Source: an uncultured Chloroflexia bacterium (GTDB lineage: Bacteria > Chloroflexota > Limnocylindria > Limnocylindrales > CSP1-4). Taken from it: 64,000 nt of DNA. The notes beneath the pieces are model-generated. The model was not told the DNA's origin. It searched no databases and was given only the letters and a program-made list of their open reading frames with translations. The stretch covers positions 88,686 through 152,685 of the forward strand of contig CAWIQP010000008.1 in assembly GCA_963838285.1 (NCBI GenBank). Reading direction: 5' to 3'. Of this stretch, positions 49,430 to 58,184 are shown piece after piece (positions within the stretch are counted from its first letter, which is position 1; the number at the start of each line of letters is the position of its first letter). The position numbers and the translations under genes are program-made.

Positions 49430-50590
49430 ATGACGCTTACTCCTGGCCGTCCCGCCGTCATCGAGACCGCGACCGCACGGGTGCTGGGCATGTATGGCGG
49501 GGCGATCGGCCGCCGGCGCGAGGAACTGATCACGCCGGCGCTCGTGCTCGACGTCGATGCGGCGCAACGGAACATCGATCGCATGGCGGCACGGATAGCG
49601 CAGCTGCCGGCCGGCATCAGGCCGCATATCAAGGTTCACAAGAGTCCGGAGCTCAGCCGGCGCCAGATGGCCGCCGGGGCGCTCGGGCTGTGCACCGCTA
49701 CCGTCTGGGAAGCCATGGTCATGTTCGAAGCCGGCATCGACGACCTCTTCGTCGCCAACACGATCGCCGGACCGGACAAGATCCGCGCCATCGCCGAACT
49801 AGCCCGCGAGGCCAGCATCCGAGTGGCCGTCGACGACGCCGCGAATGCGGACGCCCTGTCCGCGGCAGCCGGAGCGGCCGGTTCGACCCTCGGCGTGATG
49901 ATCGAAGTCGATACCGGCATGGATCGTGCCGGAGTGGACGACGGGGACGCCGCCCTGGCCCTGGCGCGGCATCTCATGGACCTGCCCAACCTCCGGCTCG
50001 ACGGGATCACGGGCTACGAGGGTCACTGTTCCCTGACGCCGGAGCGAGATCTCCGGCTGGAGAAGCAGCGCGCGGCCATGGCGCTATTCACGGGCGTCGC
50101 CGACAGGCTGATCGCGGCCGGCATCCCCGTGAAGGTCCTCTCGGCCGGCGGAACTGGTACGTGGGAATGGACGGCTTCCCATCCAAGGCTGACGGAAGTC
50201 CAGGCCGGTACCTATGCGGTCATGGACATGTTCCACGGCCACATGTCGCCGGGGTTCGAGCACTCGCTGACTGTCCAGGCCACGGTCATCAGCAAGCCGC
50301 ATGGGCACGTGATCGTCGACGCCGGCAACAAGTCGATGGGCGCGGGCGGGCTCGCCACGATCGTCGGCTATCCGTACGAGTCGTTCCGCTTCGACGAGGA
50401 GCACGGCATCTTCAATGCCCCGGACGACGCGCCCCTCAAGGTCGGCGACTCGGTCGCCCTGGTGCCGGGCTACTCCCCGGGCACGGTCAACTGGTACGAC
50501 GCCTATCACGTCGTCAAGGACGACCTGGTCGTGGACATCTGGCCCGTCGTACCGCGCGGACCGGGCCACAACGGGCTGCTGGCCAGCTGA
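49430..50590 (+). CDS. PLP-dependent enzyme of the alanine-racemase-fold DSD1 / D-threonine aldolase family
   Basis: ORF 49253..50590. ATG at 49430 gives MTLTPGRPAVIE...PALVLDVDAAQRNIDRMA...IRPHIKVHKSPELSR (PLP lysine in KVHK)...GYEGH...C-terminal beta-domain. Confidence 0.85.
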   Translation: MTLTPGRPAVIETATARVLGMYGGAIGRRREELITPALVLDVDAAQRNIDRMAARIAQLPAGIRPHIKVHKSPELSRRQMAAGALGLCTATVWEAMVMFEAGIDDLFVANTIAGPDKIRAIAELAREASIRVAVDDAANADALSAAAGAAGSTLGVMIEVDTGMDRAGVDDGDAALALARHLMDLPNLRLDGITGYEGHCSLTPERDLRLEKQRAAMALFTGVADRLIAAGIPVKVLSAGGTGTWEWTASHPRLTEVQAGTYAVMDMFHGHMSPGFEHSLTVQATVISKPHGHVIVDAGNKSMGAGGLATIVGYPYESFRFDEEHGIFNAPDDAPLKVGDSVALVPGYSPGTVNWYDAYHVVKDDLVVDIWPVVPRGPGHNGLLAS

Positions 50591-50665
50591 CTCGGAAGGC
50601 ACCGGCGACCAGCTATCCGCCACTTGCCCCAGGCCGGGACACCGAACCAGGAGGCGAAGTCAGAA

Positions 50666-51627
50666 ATGGCAACCAATGCGGCAGCCCCGAAGGTAAGCCT
50701 GGCGGAGTTCGACCGCATCTTCGAGTCGGTCAAGAACTGGGGGAAATGGGCTCGGACGACCAGCTCGGAACCCTGAACTACATCACCCGCGACAAGGTTC
50801 GTCAGGCGGCGGGCCTGGTCAAGTCGGGCCGGCAGGTCTCAATGGAGATCCCCATCAACAAGGCGGCCGGCCCGGACAATCCCAACCAGGCTTTCCACTA
50901 TCTCACCCAGGGGCACGACATCGACATCGGCTCGAGCGGACTCACTTTCGCGCTCGACTTCCTGGGAATGGCGTGCCACGGCGACTGCCACACCCACATC
51001 GACGCGCTCTGCCATATCGCCTACAAAGGCCTCACCTACAACGGCAAGCCCGCCAACGAGGTCATCACCTCGAAGGGCGCGACCACGCTGGACATCACCA
51101 GCTACGCGAACGGCCTGGTCGGCCGCGGCGTACTCCTGGATATCCCGCGCCTGCGAGGCGTCAAGTGGCTCGAGCCCGGCGAGGCCGTCCGGCGCGACGA
51201 ACTCGAAGCGTGCGAGAAGAGCATCGGCCTCACGCTGGGCGAAGGCGACATCCTGGTATTCCGAACAGGCCACCACCGCCGCCGGCCTCGAGCTCGGCGC
51301 GTGGAGCAACGATCCGCCGCCGGCCGGCGAAGGCAAGGCCGGCCTTCACGTCGACACGATCCCCTGGATGCACGAGCGCAGGATCGCCGCCTTCCTTCCC
51401 GATGGCGACGGCGAAGCGGTGCCCAGCGTGGTCGAGGGAATGATCTATCCGATCCACCCGCTGCAGATAACAGCGATGGGCATGCTCGCCTCGGACAGCC
51501 TCCAGTTCGAGGACCTGGCCCGCGCCTGCGAGGAAGAGGGCCGATGGGAGTTCATGGTCGTGGGTCTGCCACTCCGCCTCCCCGGCGGCACGGGCTCTCC
51601 CTGGAATCCGATAGCGATCTTCTGATG
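50666..51627 (+). CDS. cyclase-family protein (kynurenine-formamidase / isatin-hydrolase-like metal hydrolase); two frameshifts
   Basis: Start MATNAAAPKVSLAEFDRIFESVKNWGKW; G-homopolymer loss near 50745; middle in the ORF 49369..51690 frame (SDDQLGTLNYITRDKV...HGDCHTHIDALCHIAYKG: the H-x-D / H metal motif); C-terminus in ORF 51368..51625 (MHERRIAAF...). Confidence 0.7.
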
Positions 51628-51779
51628 GAGGCGCCGTGGGGGTCCAACTCGAAGCGAGGGAGGAGGACGCCTAACGCGAGCGAGGTCTGACCTCCGGGGT
51701 TGCGGCGACGGTCCGTCCGGAGACCTACGTTGAGGTCGACCCAGGTCGACTCGGGTAGAAAGGCAGGAGAGAGGTCCAA

Positions 51780-53345
51780 ATGGCACAAGCATTGCCAGCT
51801 GTGTCGGTAGCCGAAACCAACCTAAAGGCAGGCGCCCTGAAGCTGCCATCCCATCTTCATGCAGAGCCTGACGATGGTCGCGCCGGGCATCGCCGCGGTG
51901 TTCTACACGCCCGTCGTCGTCAGCCAGGCCGGGCTCGCCGCGCCGCTGGCGTATCCAATCGCGGGCATCATCGTCCTCCTCACCGCCATCGTTCTCGCGC
52001 GGACTGGCGCGGGCAGTACCGTCCGCGGGCGGCTACTACACCTACGTTGCCAAGGGCATCCACCCGCGTGCCGGGTTCATCGTTCTCCTGGCTGAACATC
52101 ATCTACGCCCCGCTCGTGCTGGGCGCCGTGACCGTCTTCGGCGGCTATGTGATCTCCAGCTCGCTCAGCTGGACCGGTTTCTTCCAGGACTGGTTCCCGC
52201 TCCTGTTCGGTCTGGTCGCGGTCACGGTGGTGGCCTTCATCCAGTACCTGGGAGTCCAGCTGTCAGGCAAGACCCTGGTCGTCCTCGGCGGCATTGAGCT
52301 GATCGTCGTCTTCATCCTCGGCCTGTGGGGCCTCGCCAGCCCCGGACCGGGCGGTTTGAACCTCAAGCCGTTCGATCCGGGCAACGCGGTCAGCGCCTCC
52401 GGCCTTTTCCTGGCCGCCGTGTTCGCCATCCAGGCGTTCACCGGATGGGAAGGCGCCGCTCCGATGGCCGAGGAGACCGAGAACCCGCGCCGGAACGTTC
52501 CGCGCGCGCTCATCGGCTCGGTGATCCTCTTGGGCATCTTCATCATCGTCGTCCAGTGGGGCGTGATGGTCGGCTGGGGCACGGACAACCTCAAGACCAT
52601 TGCCAGTTCCACGGTGCTGCCGGGCATCGCGCTCGCGCAGAGGTTCTGGGGTGGTGCCTGGGGCATCCTCCTGCTGATGCTCTGCTCCTCCGTGGTGGCC
52701 GTGTCCATCGCCTGCGCCAACGTCGGCACCCGGATGTGGTACCGCATGGGCGTGGACGGCGCGTTCCCCAAGTGGTTCGCCAAGGTCGACTCGACCCGCA
52801 AGACCCCGATCAACGCGATCATCGCCCAGTGGGTCCTGGCCATCGCGACCGTTCTCGGCCTGACGCTCCTCGCCTATGTGGCCAGCCCGGCTCCGACGGG
52901 CGGCTCGGTCAACATGACCCTGGCCTACCAGAACCAGTACTACTTCGACGGCTACCTCATCGGCTACGTCGTCCTGGCGATCTACACGCTGGGCAACGTC
53001 GCGGCCTTCATGCTGTACTGGAACCAGCGCCGCTCCGAGTTCAACTGGATCCTGCACGGGCTCTTCCCGCTGCTTTCCACCCTCGGCATGATCGCCGTCC
53101 TGCTGTTCTCGCTGAACATCATCGGCGGCGATCCGCTGACGTTCCAGCCGGGCAGCGCCAGCCTGCCGCCGGCGCCGTTCAACATCGCCGTCGTGTTCGT
53201 CGCGGTCTGGATCGTCGTGGCCTGCGCACTCGTCGTGTACATGCGATTGGCCGGCCACGAGGACTGGATCGCCAAGGCGGCGGAGGCTGCTTCCGAGCGG
53301 CCCGCGACGCCGGAGGAGATCGCCGAGGCAGCCAGCAAGTGGTAA
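51780..53345 (+). CDS. APC-superfamily amino-acid permease; about three frameshifts in the first 300 bp
   Basis: 12-TM profile in ORF 51780..53345 from SWLNIIYAPLVLGAVTVFGG onward. The N-terminus is spread across frames (ORF 51859..52095 MQSLTMVAPGIAAVFYTPVVVSQAGLAAPLAYPIAGIIVLLTAIVLAR; a third frame gives PSAGGYYTYVAKGIHPRAGFIV). Confidence 0.75.
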   Translation: MAQALPAVSVAETNLKAGALKLPSHLHAEPDDGRAGHRRGVLHARRRQPGRARRAAGVSNRGHHRPPHRHRSRADWRGQYRPRAATTPTLPRASTRVPGSSFSWLNIIYAPLVLGAVTVFGGYVISSSLSWTGFFQDWFPLLFGLVAVTVVAFIQYLGVQLSGKTLVVLGGIELIVVFILGLWGLASPGPGGLNLKPFDPGNAVSASGLFLAAVFAIQAFTGWEGAAPMAEETENPRRNVPRALIGSVILLGIFIIVVQWGVMVGWGTDNLKTIASSTVLPGIALAQRFWGGAWGILLLMLCSSVVAVSIACANVGTRMWYRMGVDGAFPKWFAKVDSTRKTPINAIIAQWVLAIATVLGLTLLAYVASPAPTGGSVNMTLAYQNQYYFDGYLIGYVVLAIYTLGNVAAFMLYWNQRRSEFNWILHGLFPLLSTLGMIAVLLFSLNIIGGDPLTFQPGSASLPPAPFNIAVVFVAVWIVVACALVVYMRLAGHEDWIAKAAEAASERPATPEEIAEAASKW

Positions 53346-53463
53346 TCGCCTCGTCAAGTCCGGTCTAGCAATTCGAACGAGCGGCGCCGACCGAGAGGAC
53401 GGCGCCGCTCCTCTTCCCGGGCATCGAAGGCTGCCCGCCCGGAAGGTCTCCTGGAGGTGCGCA

Positions 53464-54583
53464 ATGCCTGAGCTATTCGGCAGTTCCTACTCTCGGTCGG
53501 ATCTCCTTCGCCACGTCGGTAGGCTCGAGCAGGTGGCCGGCGTCCGGCTGGTCACTCTCGGCGACAGCATCGGTCGTGGCGTCAGGGTGCTCGAGTTCCG
53601 GACGGGCTCGGGCTTCTCGTTCGATATCGTGGTGGATCGCTGCTTCGACATCGGCCGGTGCGAGATGGACGGCCGGCCGCTCAACTGGCAGGGCAACCCC
53701 GGCATCACCGGGCCGTGGTACTACGAGAACGACGAATGGGGCTGGTTCCGCTCCTGGGGCGGCGGGATGGTCGTGACCTGCGGCCTGGATCACACGCTGG
53801 GCCTCCGGCGAGGACGACGCCAGCGACTACCACCAGCCCCACATCTTCAAGACGGTCCACTACTCGCTCCACGGCCGAGTCGGCGGTCTGCCGGCCCGGC
53901 TCGTCGGCTACGGCGAGCGCTGGGACGGCGACGAGTGCGTCCTCTGGGCCGAGGGCGAAGTGCTCCAGTCGGCGATCTTCGGCGAGCATCTGCTGTTGCG
54001 ACGCCGAGTCGAGGCTCGCGTCGGCGAGGCTCACTTCACGATCCACGACGAGGTCGAGAACGTCGGGCACAACCGCACCTCGCACATGCTCCTGTATCAC
54101 TGCAACGCCGGCTTCCCGGTGATGGACGAGGGGTCGCGACTGCTGGTCCCATCACTCAAGACGACCACCGACTACGACGTGACGCCCGAATTGATGGCGA
54201 GCTACCGCACGCTCACCGGACCCATCAAGGACTACAGCGAGAAGTGCTTCGAGCACGAGCTGGTGGCCGAGAAGGACGGCAAGGTGCCGGTCGCCATCGT
54301 GAACCGGAAGCTCGGCTTGGGCGTCTACCAGGTCTTCCGCATCGACCAGCTGCCGCATCACACGGTCTGGCGGATGATGGGCGAGGACAGCTACGCCATG
54401 GCCATGGAGCCCGGCACCAATCGCGACGCGGGCCGCTGGGACGCCAAGCAGCGCGGCGAACTCCAGCACATGGAGCCCGGCGACGTCCGGCGCTACGACC
54501 TGGAGATCGGCGCCCTGGTGGGCGATACGGCGATCGATGGCTTCGCGGCCCGAGTCGAGAAGCTCGTGCCGGATCCGAAGTAG
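53464..54583 (+). CDS. DUF4432-family protein (aldose-1-epimerase-like fold, commonly in sugar catabolic loci); one frameshift
   Basis: N-terminus in ORF 53464..54927 up to ...VVTCGLDHTLG. Frame change near 53815 (homopolymer). It continues through EDDASDYHQPHIFKTVHYSLHGRVGGLPARLVGYGERWDGDECVLWAEGEV into ORF 53960..54583. Confidence 0.6.
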
Positions 54584-54707
54584 GCGGCGGCCGGTCCAAC
54601 GGCTCCGACCAGACGGCGGTCTGTTCGGCCGCGGCGGAGACGCCTAGATTTGCCCGGCTGAGCGAGCGTTCGGAACCGCCCGAGAGCGCTCCGTCTGGAG
54701 TTCCAGG

Positions 54708-55034
54708 GTGTCGTACGGGTTTCTCCACCGCTGGACCGAATCGGCGAGATCGTCGGTCGTGCGGCCGAGCCGGCCGTTCCGGCGCGTCGTCGGGCGCGCC
54801 GAGATCGAGCCCGGCTGGCTGGTGGCGGACGTCAACGGACAGGGCGTGGGAAAGGTGCGGGGCCGAGAGGGCGACTTCATCGCCGTCTCGCGTGGCCTGG
54901 GCCGCTCCCCGCTCTACGTTCCACTGACCGCGATCGCGGAGGTCAGGGACGGCACGATCCGGCTGAACCTCAGCGCGAGCTCGATGGGCGATCGGCGCTG
55001 GTCGGAAAAGCCTCGGAGCGCCGGCCGGCAGTAG
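54708..55034 (+). CDS. DUF2171 / PRC-barrel-like small protein
   Basis: 108 aa: ...GWLVADVNGQGVGKVRGREGDFIAVSRGLGRSPLYVPLTAIAEVRDGTIRLNLSAS. The true start is probably an internal GTG. Confidence 0.45.
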   Translation: MSYGFLHRWTESARSSVVRPSRPFRRVVGRAEIEPGWLVADVNGQGVGKVRGREGDFIAVSRGLGRSPLYVPLTAIAEVRDGTIRLNLSASSMGDRRWSEKPRSAGRQ

Positions 55035-55114
55035 CGGTGGCGCGGGACCGAGGACGTCATGCCGCGCGAACGCCGAGTCGGGTCGCCGATGCCGGCCGGG
55101 TCGTTTGGCTGCCG

Positions 55115-55897
55115 TCAGCCGGCCGCGGAATCCTCCGCCGTGAGCGTGCGACTGGCAATGCTTCCCGCGTGGGCTATCCGGGCGAATTCGGCCGGGTCGA
55201 GCGCGCTCCGCCCGACGAACAGGCCGTTCACCCCGGGTTGGACCAGGATGCCCCCGGCAATGTCCGCGCTCACGCTGCCGCCGTAGATCACCGGCACCTC
55301 GGCCCCGCGCCCGACGTTCTCCCGCAACCAGGTGTGGATCGCGCCGTGGACCTCGCCGACCCACCCGGGTTCCGCGGGCGCCGACCCGACGCCGATCGCC
55401 CAGACGGGCTCGTACGCCAGCACGAGACGGCTCGCGTCGGCGGACGCCAGCAGCTCCAGCTGGCGGCGGACGCGGGTAATGACCCCGGCCAGGGGCTCCC
55501 GCTGCCGGTTGGCCGACGCACACTATCGCCGTCATGCCCCAACGCTGGATCGCGGAGACCTGGGCCGGGACTCGCTCGTCGGACGCGCCCTGCATCGCAC
55601 CGCCGCTGCGCAGATGGCCGACCTCGACGTACGTGCAGCCAAGATCGGCCAGCATCGGGGCGGACACGTCCCCCGTGTGAGCGCCCGAGTCCTCCGGGGT
55701 CCACGTCCTGCGCTCCCCACGCGACCCGGCTCCCCGCGGAGCCCCTGGGCGACCGCCCAGATCGCCGTGAATGGCGGAAGCACGAAGAGATCACAATCCA
55801 CGACGTCGTCCACCAGGGGCCGCGGCGCCCAGCAGATATCGCGAGGCCTCACTCGAGGTGAATTTTTAGTCCAGCTCGTGCCAATGAGCATGCACAT
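55115..55897 (-). CDS. triosephosphate-isomerase paralog (TIM-like; candidate tetrulose-phosphate isomerase, LerI/EryH-like); multiple frameshifts
   Basis: N-terminus M(C)MLIGTSWTKNS...VLPPFTAIWAVAQGL (ORF 55532..55897); middle GAHTGDVSAPMLADLGCTYVEVGHLRSGG...IVCVG (frame of ORF 54225..55667); C-terminus LVLAYEPVWAIGVG...VIYGGSV...GLFVGRSAL (ORF 55115..55423). At least three indels at about 55690, 55670 and 55510. Confidence 0.75.
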
Positions 55898-55905
55898 GCC
55901 GCCGC

Positions 55906-56538
55906 CTATTCCCGAGCCGTCGGACTGCCGCGGAGGGCGGCCGCCATCGCCTCGACGATGATGGCGAACGAAGTCGCTCCGGGATCAGCCGAGCCGCGGC
56001 TAAGCTCGCCGAGCTTGCTGGCCCGCCCGACCGTGGCGATCATGCCGGCGGTCGAGTCCGCTCCCCTGCGCGCGGCCGCCGCGGCCGCATCGATTCCCAC
56101 CAAGAGATCGTCGCCTCGGACCTCGGAGGCACGCAGCGATTCGACCAGCGGGTGAAGCGCGTCGAGGACGGTCTTGTCGCCGGGTTTGGCCTTTCCGCGC
56201 TCGGCGATTCCGGCTTCGGCTGCCTCGGCACAGGCGCGAAGCTGGCCCACCGTCACCGGCGGGGCCGGGGCCAACGCCGCGATCTTCAGCAGACCCGTCA
56301 TGTAGATCGGACCGATGGCACCGCCGACGGAGCCGATGCCGAGGGCGACCTGTCGGATCAGATCCGGCCCGGAGGCGTCGGGGGACGCCGTCAGCTTCTG
56401 CCGGACGCTTCGCGCGGCGATCGCCATCGTCATCCCGTGGTCGCCGTCGCCGGCCCTTGCGTCGAGGACGCCGAGTTCGTCTCGGGCTGCCTCCAACGCG
56501 TCGGCGGCGGCAAGGATGCAGCTTCGTAGCTCGCTCAT
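55906..56538 (-). CDS. dhaL: dihydroxyacetone-kinase ADP-binding subunit DhaL-like
   Basis: ATG at 56536-56538 overlaps the dhaK stop (ATGA). MSELRSCILAAADALEAARDELGVLDARAGDGDHGMTM (DGDHG motif), about 210 aa. Confidence 0.85.
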   Translation of the reverse strand: MSELRSCILAAADALEAARDELGVLDARAGDGDHGMTMAIAARSVRQKLTASPDASGPDLIRQVALGIGSVGGAIGPIYMTGLLKIAALAPAPPVTVGQLRACAEAAEAGIAERGKAKPGDKTVLDALHPLVESLRASEVRGDDLLVGIDAAAAAARRGADSTAGMIATVGRASKLGELSRGSADPGATSFAIIVEAMAAALRGSPTARE

Positions 56539-57557
56539 CGGGCGTACCCGACAGCTCGGGCCGTGGCGTCGAGCAGCTCGCGCAGCTCCGCGTCGAGGTC
56601 CATCACGGTCACGGACGCTCCGGTCATCTCGAGCGAGGTGATGAACTCTCCGACGTGACTCCGCGTGACGGTGTTGCCCGCCGCCTCGAGCGCCTTGCGC
56701 GCACCCCGATAGAGGATGTACTGGTCCAGGTGAGCCGTGGCGCCAAGGCCGTTCACCATGAGCGCGAACTCGTGCCCGGACGGCGAGTCCATGTCCGAGA
56801 GGATGACGTCCACGAGCGACGCCGCGATCTCGTCGGCGGTCACCAGGGGCCCGCGGCGCATGCCCGGCTCGCCGTGAACCCCCATCCCGATCTCCATCAT
56901 GTCCGCGGGGATCTCGAAGGTGGGCCTGCCCGAGCCGGGGACCTCGCACGGAGAGAGCGCAACGCCCATGCTGCGAGTGGCCGCGTTCGCCTTCCGGGCA
57001 ACCCGGTCTACCTCGTCGAGTGTGGCGCCGCGTTCGGCCATCGCGCCGATGCACTTGAACACGTAGATGTCGCCCGCGGTGCCGCGCCGCTTCTCAGCCT
57101 CTGCCCGCGGGGAGGAGGCGACGTCGTCCATCACCCGGACCTCGCGGACGTCGATGCCCTCGGCTTCGGCGAGTTCCCTGGCAAGGCCGAAGTTGAGCAC
57201 GTCGCCGCTGTAGTTCCCGTAGCTCATGACCACGCCACGGCCCGTGTCAGCGGCCCGGATCGCATCGAGGCATACGTCGGGGGGCGGCGAGGCGAAGACG
57301 TTGCCGCACGCGGCCGCGTCGGCGAACCCGACTCCGACGTACCCCGCGAACGCGGGCTCGTGGCCGGAGCCGCCGCCCACGACGAACCCCACCTTCGGTC
57401 CGGCGGGAGTGCGCCGCGCAACGACGCGCGGCGCGGCCAGGCGCACCAGGTCCGCGTTGGCCGCGACGAAGCCTTCGAGCATCTCGTCGACCGCGTCGAA
57501 CGGGTCGTTGATGATCTTCTTGAGAACCCCGCGGGAGACCTCCGGCTGCTGTGGCAT
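56535..57557 (-). CDS. dhaK: dihydroxyacetone-kinase substrate-binding subunit DhaK-like (candidate D-erythrulose / DHA kinase)
   Basis: AGGAGGA then ATG at 57555-57557. ...GFVVGGGSGHEPAFAGYVG...VVMSYGNYSGDVLNFG...HGEPG. Canonical DhaK motifs. Confidence 0.9.
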   Translation of the reverse strand: MPQQPEVSRGVLKKIINDPFDAVDEMLEGFVAANADLVRLAAPRVVARRTPAGPKVGFVVGGGSGHEPAFAGYVGVGFADAAACGNVFASPPPDVCLDAIRAADTGRGVVMSYGNYSGDVLNFGLARELAEAEGIDVREVRVMDDVASSPRAEAEKRRGTAGDIYVFKCIGAMAERGATLDEVDRVARKANAATRSMGVALSPCEVPGSGRPTFEIPADMMEIGMGVHGEPGMRRGPLVTADEIAASLVDVILSDMDSPSGHEFALMVNGLGATAHLDQYILYRGARKALEAAGNTVTRSHVGEFITSLEMTGASVTVMDLDAELRELLDATARAVGYAR

Positions 57558-57604
57558 CTCCATCCTCCTGGTCGAGCGCCCCGACCGCGGGCGCCTGCTG
57601 CCGG

Positions 57605-58075
57605 TCAGACTCGGCCTGAGTCGGGCGTGCGTTCGCCGGCCGTGATCTTATTCACCTTGCGCTCGGATTCCCCGCCGGAGAACTCGGAGGCGAGCCAGAT
57701 GCGCACCAGCGACTTCGCGAGCTCGGGCCCGACGACGCGCGCGCCCATGGTCATGATCTGGGTGTTGTTCGACTTCCGCGACCGCTCGGCCGAATAGGGG
57801 TCGTGCACCTGGGCGGCCCGGATCGGGCACCTTGTTGGCCGTGATTGCCATGCCGATCCCGGTGCCGCAGATGAGGACCCCCTATCGTGCTCGCCGCGAG
57901 CGATGGCGTGGGCGACCTCGTAGCCGATGTCCGGGTAGTCGACGCTGTCGAGCGAGTAGCAGCCGTAGTCCTTGACCTCGATCTCCTCATCGTGCAGCAG
58001 CTCGATCACCGTTTGCTTGAGTGCGAAGCCCGCCTCGTCGCATCCGATGGCAATCTCACGGTACTTGGAAGTCAC
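57605..58075 (-). CDS. RpiB/LacA/LacB-family sugar-phosphate isomerase (candidate D-erythrulose-4-P / ribose-5-P isomerase, DerI/EryI-like); two compensating frameshifts
   Basis: GTG at 58073-58075 with AGGTG 5 nt upstream gives VTSKYREIAIGCDEAGFALKQ...DYPDIGYEVAHAIARGEHDRG. Then G-homopolymer loss; (V)LICGTGIGMAITANKVP in the frame of ORF 57648..57851; back in frame for IRAAQVHDPYSAERSRKSNNTQIMTMGARVVG...RKVNKI. Confidence 0.8.
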   Translation of the reverse strand: MTSKYREIAIGCDEAGFALKQTVIELLHDEEIEVKDYGCYSLDSVDYPDIGYEVAHAIARGEHDRGSSSAAPGSAWQSRPTRCPIRAAQVHDPYSAERSRKSNNTQIMTMGARVVGPELAKSLVRIWLASEFSGGESERKVNKITAGERTPDSGRV

Positions 58076-58184
58076 GCTCGCACCTGCGCGAGTTGGTCCT
58101 CGAGATCGTCGCCCGTCAGGGTCCGGCCATCGACGGCCGGCGTCGATTGCGCTGCCTCCATTCTCTCTCTTCTCCTCGTCGGCC

